From Basidiobolus ranarum (lineage: Eukaryota): 44,615 nucleotides of DNA. A program made the position numbers and the translations under genes. The notes under the pieces were generated by a model. That model was not told the origin of the DNA, ran no database searches, and saw only the letters and a list, made by a program, of their open reading frames with translations. The stretch spans positions 1-44,615 of the forward strand of contig JASJQH010000029.1 in NCBI GenBank assembly GCA_040143965.1. Reading direction: 5' to 3'. Below, one piece after another: positions 35,246 to 44,615 of this stretch; position 1 is the first letter of the stretch, and every line of letters begins with the position of its first letter.

Positions 35246-36741
35246 ATGCCAGACCTCACGACCGCATTTCGGGATACTCTAAAAGATCTCTCCAACAGTC
35301 AACAAGTAAAGAATGAGTTAAGAAAAAGACGTGGAAGTACCGGAAAGAATGCTTCACCAAATAAACCTCAAGACGAGTTTATCAAAGAAGCGTACCGTGT
35401 GGTAAAGTAACCCTTTAACGTTTATATCCCACCCATTCTCTTATCAATAAAACCATCCAGATAGTTATACTTGGATTTCTCTTACAAGATATTTCGTTTA
35501 GTGAGATAAAATAAGAGGAAATCTCTCCACCACCTATCTTCTCTTCAAACCAATATTAACCTATTTTAGTAGGCTAATCATATAGTCTCCCTAAAGAAGT
35601 TTTTACTATCCATCCGACGGGCTTACTTGAATTTCTCCAGAACTACGACTATTCAAACTCAAACTCCTCCCCAAAATTTACAGTTTTCTGACTTGAATCT
35701 AAGCTTACCAAGTGGAGCTAGTCTTAATAACAAACAGAGAGATGAAATTGATACGCAAGCCAAGATGATTATACAAAACTGCATCTCAAGAATGACGACA
35801 CTAGAAGAAGTTGAGAAAGGTTGGTATCTGGCATGACATCAAGATAATACTGGCTACACTCCCGATTCTATTGTTGATAATTGAGACTCCACTATTTAAG
35901 TAACAGAAAGACTCACCCTTTATATGATTTCTTTACAAACTAGTGCGTCAATCGCAAATCAAGGCCAATCCTTTGAATACTTTCTCCAAGATGTTTACTA
36001 CTACTTCAGATCTTGGCGAGGAAATACTTACTACACACCGAAGTGGTATTTTATGGTTATTGAACAAACGTTTGATGGATGTTTCAAACATTCAAAAAGA
36101 GCATCAGGAAGCAAGACTAACGCGTGAAATGGAACGTCAAAGAAGGTATGTTTTCGAAAGTAATGGAAGTTTTTAATGAACACCTATCTCACTATTACAA
36201 ATAGTCCCATCAATCAACAGATTAAAAATTCTGGAGCTAGTTCAACTTTCTCTGGTAAAGATTTCTTTCCCGATTACGTAAATAATGGCGATGATGATGA
36301 GGGAAAGGCTGCTCTTGAAGAGTCAGCCTCAGAGGATGAGTTTGAACCACAACTCTCAGCACAAGAAAAGATGGTCCTTGAAATGGAGAATGAAGCCCTA
36401 ATTAAAGACCTGGAATCATCTCTGGATGAAGTCAAGTAAGTTCAATTCACTTTATGTATTCCAATTATGTAAGCAACTAATCACGAATTATTCATAGAAA
36501 AGTGGAAAAAACTCTGCTTGAAATTGCAACTTTACAAAATACATTGTCAACGCATCTATCGATCCAAGCAAAAGAGACTGAGCGTTTGCAATCTGAAGCC
36601 ATCGCCACCACAGAACGTATAAGAGATGGTAACATAATGCTTGCTCAAGCGAGACAGCGTCATTCAGATCTAAGGAAATGGATTTTGTTTTTCTTAATTA
36701 TGGTCAGCGGTGTCCTGCTTTTCTTGGACTGGTATGATTAA
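35246..36741 (+). CDS. UFE1: ER Qa-SNARE Ufe1/syntaxin-18
   Basis: MPDLTTAFR...DEFIKEAYRV-ANHIVSLKKFLLSIRRAYLN, QRDEIDTQAKMII, HRSGILWLLNKRL, SNARE motif VEKTLLEIATLQ and C-terminal TM ending FLDWYD. Confidence 0.88.
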
Positions 36742-37131
36742 ACGGGAGATATGAAAATTGTACACAAACGTAATTTAATAAACGGTTCATTTGTGCAATC
36801 TACTTGGTCCCCTCTTTGCTCTATCGGATTGATAGCTCGGTATCTATAAAACTCTAGAGAAGTCTTTCATTTACTGTCACAACCCACGCTCCTAAACCTT
36901 TTGAATGTTCCCATCAATTTAGAGAAAAACTCGATCCCAATTCCAAGCCACCCAAGAAAAATTCCGATCCAAATGAATATGACAAATATATTGTTTTCAT
37001 AAAATCCATGTTTTCATTTGAAATGAGTTCTTTTTCGAATAATCAACCTTGACGAACCTACCAATTGAACCTTCACTCCGGTTAGAAACTACGAAATAAA
37101 GTGACGTTCAAAACTTTCTTATTCTACTAAC

Positions 37132-37923
37132 ATGTCAAGAAAAAACAATCTTCCAGCTGGCTGGCCGTCAGGAGTCACTTATATCCCTACTTCTGTATGG
37201 GCCAATAATACAACAGCAGAAGTGAAAGAAAAATACAAGCCAATTCCCTCAAAAGTGAATACTCACATACCTGATCCGACGAGTTACTTCCAAGTATTAA
37301 AGCAGCACGAAATAACTCCAGACGGAAGAAAAACTAAGATCAAAGCCATTACTGATCCTGAGCATCCATGTTGTGGTGCTTTCGGTTTATTCGCTGCCTG
37401 TAACTTTGAACCTAAACAACATGTAGTGGATTATTGTGGATATATCCACTTGTCTGAGGATGGTGAAACCGACCCTGAGATTCAATCAAGTGATTATGTA
37501 CTGAGGTTTACGACCGAGCTTTCGATAGATGCAGGTCGTCAAGGAAATGAAGGACGTTTTGTCAATGATTTTCGTGGTGTACCTAAAGAGCCTTCAAAGA
37601 GTCAAAGTGACCTGACAAACAGAAAGAATAAAGATAACATAAGAGGTCAAAGTAAAGGCAAAGATAAAAAGAATGGAAATAACTCCAAGTCACACTCGAA
37701 TGAGACAAACCATCGAAAAAACAACCACGTACAAGAGAAAACCCTTCCAAATGTTCATTTTGTAAATTATTTGGATGAACGAACCAAAGAAGTTCGTATT
37801 GGAATTTTCACCATTCGCAAAATTCGTAAGGGTGATGAATTTCTCATAAGTTACGGCAAGTCCTTTTGGCAATCACGTCTGGGCTCCGTTCCTAGCGCCT
37901 TTGTAGATGTCAGCTATGAATGA
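37132..37923 (+). CDS. SET-domain protein (putative lysine methyltransferase), intronless
   Basis: GAFGLFA, DYCG, IDAGRQGNEGRFVNDFRG and IRKGDEFLISYGKSFW. Confidence 0.85.
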   Translation: MSRKNNLPAGWPSGVTYIPTSVWANNTTAEVKEKYKPIPSKVNTHIPDPTSYFQVLKQHEITPDGRKTKIKAITDPEHPCCGAFGLFAACNFEPKQHVVDYCGYIHLSEDGETDPEIQSSDYVLRFTTELSIDAGRQGNEGRFVNDFRGVPKEPSKSQSDLTNRKNKDNIRGQSKGKDKKNGNNSKSHSNETNHRKNNHVQEKTLPNVHFVNYLDERTKEVRIGIFTIRKIRKGDEFLISYGKSFWQSRLGSVPSAFVDVSYE

Positions 37924-38182
37924 TTTGATTAGAATCATGCATGGTTTAACTGTACCATTTTTTATTGATCACCAAGCAATTCAAAGGTGAAGCGGCTCCT
38001 CCTGTTAGTTCATTTCTTTTGGAAATCATCGAAATACCGTATACAGTATGCCCTCAATTTAAGTCTTAGAGCAACGTAAAACGTTGAAATTTTGTAACTG
38101 TTTCATAATGTTTAACAATAAAATTTATTATAGCCCTCTGGATTACAAAATGTAAAAAAGGAAGTGTAATTACACCAAGTAT

Positions 38183-41100
38183 TTAAAAATTCGACCGATA
38201 TTTTTTTATCTCTACCATAACGTTTTGAATCCCAATAGGCGCCTGCTTGAATCCAAGTCCTGAGGATTTCTGATCAAATCTCTTATCGAGCAGAGCGTGG
38301 AAACGAGTATAATACACAAGCAACTGTCCGAGTACTGTATGCAAAATTGTGGTTCCGTTCTTGAAGTTAGAGAATTTCTGAATTACTGAAGAGTTGATAG
38401 CCGATATTTCGTTGCGCCAGTTGCTGTTGAAGTTAAAGGATATCTTTTCGAATTGTTCTACAAGAATACATGACTAGGTTAAACCACAATGTAAAGGAAA
38501 TGGAGAAACAAGAGAAAAAGTTGACAAACCTTGGGAGATAGTTGATATATCTTGCTCTTTCTCCCCAAGCTTCACGAAATTGATCAAATCACCAAAGTGT
38601 GGATCGAGTTGCTCTTCAACGTACTCCGCGATTTTGGAATTCAATAAGGCCTTGGAATGCTCAATTTCTCCTTCAGCTATTCTGACGTTGGCTTCCTATA
38701 TTTATCAACGAAAACCTCCTTTTTAGTTCAAGTAAGAAGAGAGGACTAATATAAAGCACCTCCTAACATTCAATATGGATACGATGAGATCGTAGTTGTT
38801 GATTAAAAAGGTATAACGATCGATGCGGTCGGGAAACTCAAGAGACATTCTAACCAGTAGCCCTTCTACCTCAGTTCTTAGACGAATAAGGCTGAACGTA
38901 TAGAAATTAGATTCTCTGAACATAATTAGATCCTCTGTAACATTGGGAAATCAACAATACCTGTTCGTAAGCAATGCATCCTCATAGCCTTGATTTAAAA
39001 CCAATATTGACGAAGCAAATTCGGCATACTTTCTTGTTATCTACAGGAAACGTTGATACAAGGTTAGTGGTGCCAATTAATCCAACAAGCTACATTTGCT
39101 CATACATATTGCGGATGAACATCCTTGGAGGCCATAAGACGATGTGCGGAGGCCTTTTTGACGCTATCAACATGCTGATTCATGATGATTTGGAATCTAG
39201 GCCAACAAAGCAGATTGATGGCATTTGAATAGCTTTCTAGCGAAGAAATAGGTCGATGTTGACTATCCAAAGCAATCTTAGTGTTGATGCGAATGCATAT
39301 CAATATTCCAATAGCATCATAACTCGACTCAATGTATTGCTTCGTAGCACTCTATGTTGGACATTTAGTGATGAAATTAGATTAACCGCCAAAATCTCAA
39401 ATGACGCGTATCCACATACCAGGCTTATTTTGAGAGTGGGTTCAAATATTTGCTCAAATACAAGACGAGGAATTTCACGTATGGGCTCAGACTCATTTGC
39501 ATCGGGATGGGTAAAGAACTCGGATACAAATTGAAACTCAGAGGCGGCGTTGTCAGCCAATACTGTATTGAAGCTGTGAAACAACATTTCATAAGGGTAT
39601 TTCTAGATTGAGGATAATACTTTTAGTTAATCCTGAACTGCTACACTGATACATGTCCTAATTACCATGTTTTTTTCATTCGCGACATGCAACAATATAA
39701 CTCCAACATCCTGGTCACTAAGGACATTAGCACGGTTTCCTAGAGCAAAGACATTGGACTTGTCTTTCAATTGCTTGCCTACACCGAAAAAGGTGTGCTT
39801 GGTGCTCTCACCAAAACCAATCATATCAAGTTTGTCTGCAATGGTACTCTAAAAATCCAAACACATAAGTACCCGAGGAAACATCATGAATCAAAAAACC
39901 CAATACGTACTTGTAACTTCTGCAACCCGCGATTATACCGATCGAAATGGTTGAAGAAGTAAGCTCGCATAGTATTAATGTAATTTTGTCGAATTTCGCC
40001 AGCTGATTCACGATGACGCTTCATCAAGAAACGATTGAATTCGGTATATTTTAAAAACACAGTTTGCTGAATCATCTGAACATTTGTATTGGGAATACGC
40101 AAAGATTTGACTTTGTCAAGGAGAAATTCGCGGATTTTATAAGAAGCCTATATTTGACAAAAGGGAAGTTAGCTTTCATACGGTTGTTATTTGTATCCTT
40201 ACTTACCTTGAGCCTTAATTTCTCAAACTCAGGACCCACTTCCTGTAATGCGTGAATACCCTTTTTGTTATTTTCTTTAACAAAAGTCATTTTTTTGTTC
40301 AATAAAATTAAACATTCCAGGTATGCTTCGTTCACTTCATTTTCGCTAATCGCTCTATAAAAGAGTCAGTTGTCTTGTTGAAAAATACCCAACACGTCGA
40401 GGAACACTTACTTGACCATCTGCGGCGGTATAACAATTCCTTCAAGTAGCTGGTGCAGCTGTTGTTCCAAGGACTGCAGTTTCGGCGAAAATTTAGTCAC
40501 ATGAAGTGTAAAGTGAATGATGGTTATACGCTGACTGACCAATTTGTTCTTTAACTTTTGATTCATAGCCAGTGACTGCTTTTGAAGACTTTGAATATCA
40601 CTATTGATGTTTCCAAGGTTACTTTGAAACCCAGTTAACAAAGACTCCATAGTTTCCAATATTTCATCACAAGCCTAGATATCCAAAGACATATATTATG
40701 AGAGACCAAAATATTTGAAAGCACCAACAATGAACTAAAACCTTGATATCTTGGTTCAGGTCTACGAAATTCTCTGCTTGAGCAACATCTATAATTGGAG
40801 TGAAAAATATCAAATCTGTTAGTCAAGCCATAGAAGCAGCGTTTGCAATATTCTAATAACTAAATACATACATTCCGAAATGTGTTCTCGTTCGATAACT
40901 TTGAGTTGATCTTCGATGTTTTTGGCATACTTTCGTAGATCCATCCCCTGACAAATGTTGGTCAGTGCCATTTTTTACTAATCGGCTGCTGGCAATGATA
41001 TCAAATTACCTGCATTACGGCCTTTCTGACTAAGGGATCTTCTTGAAATTCGGATATACGATCTTGCGATTGAGTAAGTTGAGTTAAAAAAGTCACGATA

Positions 41101-41505
41101 CAATAAAAGTATAATAGGTTTTTAGTAATTTACCGTCAACTTCGGTGAAAGTGTCTTTTGAGTTCACATTCCAGTCGCCAATAATGTTTTCCAGACGAGA
41201 TTGTGTATCGTTATCACCATTTTCTTTCTACATATGAAAACGCAACCAGTCGCCAAAAAGGAGTATATATTGGATTATGTGTGAGTGGATTTATTATAGA
41301 TGATGTAAAGAAAAGACTTATAGTTTCGCTTTTATACATAAGTATTTCAGTGAATGTATAAAAGAAACAGCGGCGTTTCAACATCAATCCTAACCTTTTC
41401 AGCATCTTCTGTCAATATAGTATCAAGTAAACCCGGTTCGTTTTTTTCCTGCTCGAAAATCTCCGCATCTTGTACGTATTTCGTAGTCAGCTTCTCTAAA
41501 GACAT
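38183..41505 (-). CDS. VPS52: GARP/EARP complex subunit Vps52
   Basis: Multi-exon, with GMDLRKYAKNIEDQL, METMESLLTGFQSNLGNINSDIQSLQKQS, PEFEKLRLK, RIPNTNVQMIQQ, LADNAASEFQFV, LCWPRFQIIM, FLINNYDLIVSIL and IGIQNVMVEIKKYRSNF*. The start (ATG 41505, MSLEKLTT) is tentative. Confidence 0.88.
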
Positions 41506-42207
41506 ACTGAAACGTTTGAAGTGCGTAGCTTTGGCATATATGCTATGATGAAATCAGACCATAAAATGATTTAAGGAGTTTTGATTACGAGGGTGGTACT
41601 TGGCCTAAGTTACTCAAGCCATCAAAATCCAATTTTGAATCTTAGTCAGTTTTCATTGAAATTTGTGGAGCAGGTAATGCACTCTGATTACTGTTCTTAT
41701 TATACATAAAAACCTTAATATTTGCCAATTGTTGTACTCATGTCGACAAGTGCTACTCATTCTATGAATACCTATTAACCACATCATAACCGTAAAATAA
41801 TTCATAAATTATACTATGAGGACTAATGATCAGAGAACTAAGTGAAGTATCGCACATTGTTTCGGAAAACCTAATCACAGACAGTCAAAGCTATTCATGG
41901 TAAAGTTTACTTTTTATATTTGCAGTCTGATAATTAGCATACATGTCTCTACATTATGAAATTAACAGCATCCTCTTCTAATCATCAAATAAGTATATGT
42001 TCCAACTGTTAACAACACTTCGAATATTAAATTAGTGATTTATTCAGTGTAAAGTTCTCATAAGAACGTCCTATTCATGGTACAATCAAAAAGAGAAAAA
42101 AATCAGATTCTACAACAAGAAGGAGTGGAATGTGTGTCAAGAAAGTGAAATGAACGCATGTACGAAAAAAAACCCCATTGCATGATAATTACGTCTATAT
42201 TTCTCCC

Positions 42208-43178
42208 TTAATTTTGCTTTGGCTTGGATACTGGCTTCTTGTAAGTTTTACGGAAGAAACTAATAAACAAGACCAAGTAAGAAGAAAGAAGTGCGCAGCC
42301 GAAAAGAGCAGCCCCTACTGTTCCAGAGCAATTTCCAACATGAGGTACCATTGGGAAGAAATTAAATGCGAGATAGTTATAAGTACAGAAATAAACAAAT
42401 CCAAGGTCAAGAACAAATTGAGTGATTTGCATTGTGGTCAAGTACTTCTTCCACCAAATACGAACGCCAGCGGTAGCACGGTAATAATAATAGTACATGA
42501 AAACGTGAACACAGAGATTCAAGACGATAGGAACCCAGGACTAAAATGAGGTTAGTGAGTATTCTTTTGAACAAAAAATTAAATTGATTCTTACCACGGC
42601 AGTACTGCCAACTAGCTGAGTAAAACAAAGAACCATTGTCAAACTGTGGTGATAGTAATGTAAAAATTCTGAGGTAATAGAAAGATGAGTAAATATTTAC
42701 AAAGAATGCAAGTATCAATAAATATATTACCAAGCTTTTTCTTCTTCAACACCAAGAAGATGGTATCGATTAACTCGTAGTACTTGGTTAAGTAGTTGAG
42801 GTAATACAATAGTTCCAAGCGTTGGGTCCAAGAACTTTGATTGCAGACAGAGCCATAAAGTCCTTCATTCCACATAATAGGGATGATGTTCTCGGCGATG
42901 AGAAACAAAAGAGAAGCAGAAATGAATGTCAGGAACAGGTTGTGTACTTTGAAAAGAAATTCCAGCTTGAAAGGCTTTCTATTTTTCATGAGGTACTGTC
43001 CACCAAAGATAGTGATCAAGTAGATGACGCAAGTGGCAGCGACCTCTGGAACAGTGGAAAGTGGAGTTACACCCTGGACGAAATTGAAGGAAGTGTAAGA
43101 CTTGCCGGTAATAGCATGGTACACTTTTTCTAAGTAAGGCTCTAAGGGAATCATGAATGGCTGTTCGGCGTTCCACAT
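42208..43178 (-). CDS. Fatty acid elongase (GNS1/SUR4, ELO family)
   Basis: Exons 43178-42731, 42668-42595 and 42540-42208. Motifs KYYELIDT, FLHYYHH, NLCVHVFMYYYY and TTMQITQF, with a Lys-rich ER-retrieval-like tail. Confidence 0.93.
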
Positions 43179-43557
43179 AATAAGAAAAACAAAGGCACCT
43201 CCAGAGAAAAAGAGCGTTTATAAAAGAAATCAGAAGATCGTTATCTTTTTACAAAGGGTTACAACTATATAAGATGCGCGCTCATGGTCCAATCGTTTGT
43301 TATTATCTTTTACAAAAATAGGACTTCTTCAGCAAGTGGTTTTCAAATCCCACCCCTTTCCTGGAAACTCATATGTCAATTAGCGAATAGTATTGTATGA
43401 GCATCCAAATTTATGTACATAGGAACATCCTCATCCCGACCTCCTTAGTGCAAACGAGGAAATTGCCAAGTGATTGTCACTATGTTGTCTAAAATCCTAA
43501 AAGGTACTAACATTTCTCTCATTAATCTCATGTTCACCAAGAATATGGGTTTGATTC

Positions 43558-43976
43558 TCACGTGAATATGGAATTTTGTGTGTAACACAGGCAATGTTAA
43601 ACGATGAATTTCACATGTGTTGACAATTTGGCCTCCCTAATTCGGATTGTGCTGAAAATTCTCGGATATCACGGAAAGGGTTTCAGAGCAGGGTTAGGGT
43701 TACGTTAAACCAGAGGGATAAATGATTAAGGTTAGGGTAAATCCAAGGGTAAATCTAAGGGTAAAATCTGTGGGTAAAACCTGCTCCGATTTCATTCAAA
43801 TATAGGGCTTAGGGTTAGGTTGGTTTGAGCAGACTTAGGTTTAGTTTGAGTGAAAGATAATCGTGATCGTGGCTCTAGGTTTTTTCATCAGTTCTGAAGG
43901 GTTAGGTTAGGGTCTGCTGGATGATCCCAAAAAGTTTTCCAATTTTTTGAGCAGCGGTGAAAAATATATCACGTGA
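43558..43976. promoter_or_regulatory. Ribosomal-protein promoter with clustered TTAGGG/GGGTAAA motifs bracketed by two TCACGTGA boxes
   Basis: TCACGTGA at 43558 and 43969; AGGGTTAGGGTTA at 43690; TTAGGGTAA at 43732; GGGTAAA four times (43735, 43747, 43759, 43772); TAGGGCTTAGGGTTAGG at 43803; AGGGTTAGGTTAGGG at 43898. Confidence 0.65.
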
Positions 43977-44052
43977 ATTTGGGGAGGCTTTACTATCAAA
44001 ATCCATGGCGAACGTTCAGTCTTTCTTTCTCCCTTGATCACTCACTTCTGAG

Positions 44053-44161
44053 GTAAGTAATAATGATCACTACCAATCGACAGTGATGGTGTATACCATC
44101 CATCGATTATTATCCATCGATTTTTATTGAAGGCAGCGCTAACCCTTGTTTATTCTTCAAG
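44053..44161 (+). other. Putative 5'UTR intron of RPL10
   Basis: GTAAGT donor at 44053, GCTAAC branch site at 44138, pyrimidine tract, and AAG acceptor at 44159-44161, 11 nt before the ATG. Confidence 0.7.
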
Positions 44162-44172
44162 GTTTTTACAAA

Positions 44173-44615
44173 ATGGGTCGTCGTCCTGCTCGTTGTTATC
44201 GTTATTGTAAAAACAAGCCTTACCCTAAGTCCCGTTTCTGTCGTGGTGTCCCCGACCCCAAGATCAGAATCTTCGATTTAGGTCGTAAGAAGGCTAATGT
44301 CGATGAATTCCCTCTTTGCGTTCATTTGATCTCTAACGAGTATGAACAGCTCTCCAGTGAAGCTTTGGAAGCTGCTCGTATTACTTGCAACAAGTACATT
44401 ACCAAGATGTCTGGTAAGGACTCCTTCCATTTACGTGTCCGTGTCCACCCCTACCACGTTGTCCGTATCAACAAGATGTTGTCTTGCGCTGGTGCTGATA
44501 GACTCCAAACTGGTATGCGTGGTGCTTTCGGTAAGCCTCAAGGTACCGTTGCCCGTGTTAACATCGGTCAAATCATCTTCTCTATCCGTACCAAGGACAG
44601 CAACAAGGCTGTTGT
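44173..44615 (+). CDS. RPL10: 60S ribosomal protein L10 (uL16), runs off the window end
   Basis: [37 protein letters not shown]...[24 protein letters not shown]. Confidence 0.97.
   Translation, partial: MGRRPARCYRYCKNKPYPKSRFCRGVPDPKIRIFDLGRKKANVDEFPLCVHLISNEYEQLSSEALEAARITCNKYITKMSGKDSFHLRVRVHPYHVVRINKMLSCAGADRLQTGMRGAFGKPQGTVARVNIGQIIFSIRTKDSNKAV

Noticed and set aside
996-37923. Genome-wide TGA=Trp code reassignment
   Set aside because: TGA ends intact genes (4954, 7364, 24715, 37921-37923) and conserved Trp residues elsewhere use TGG.
38430-38445. U12-type (ATATCCTT) minor intron donor on the minus strand
   Set aside because: It lies inside an open, conserved VPS52 exon (FEKISFNFNSNW). 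All introns traced had U2-type GT-AG ends.
233-43176. Many short antisense or alternate-frame ORFs in the track (e.g. 233-526, 10354-10662, 22752-22949, 25988-26416, 42822-43133)
   Set aside because: They overlap well-supported genes on the opposite strand or in another frame and show no recognisable motifs.
43320-43362. tRNA-like TTCAAATCCCACCCC segment
   Set aside because: No cloverleaf, A box or acceptor-stem pairing could be built.
44058-44135. Intronic box C/D snoRNA in the RPL10 5'UTR intron
   Set aside because: Only imperfect C boxes (ATGATCA, GTGATGG), no CTGA D box, and no recognisable rRNA guide.

Overview
Eukaryotic genomic DNA, AT-rich with short GT-AG introns. The gene content fits a fungus, probably an early-diverging lineage such as Zoopagomycota or Mucoromycota (inference). 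The left ~11 kb looks accessory. It holds an SDR gene that breaks off abruptly, a GPI-type chitin/polysaccharide deacetylase interrupted by two in-frame TGA codons at Trp-like positions, two tandem secreted bacterial-type solute-binding proteins, a 4-exon C2H2 zinc-finger gene missed by the ORF track, many short tandem duplications, and a secreted 5'-nucleotidase. The rest is mostly core genes: cytochrome b561, an Mbp1/Res-type APSES-ankyrin factor, PTRHD1-like, an unknown NPF-repeat protein, NST1, RPB9, a divergent small-HSP pair, a C2H2 factor, a Ran1-like kinase, an MFS transporter, Ufe1/syntaxin-18, a SET protein, VPS52, a fatty acid elongase and RPL10 (partial). The most notable signals are the TGA-interrupted deacetylase (recoding/editing versus decay), a TTAGGG + TCACGTGA promoter with a pyrimidine tract and 5'UTR intron at RPL10, and twin TGCGGAWTCCGCA palindromes between the sHSP genes. 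All calls were made by eye and no searches were run.
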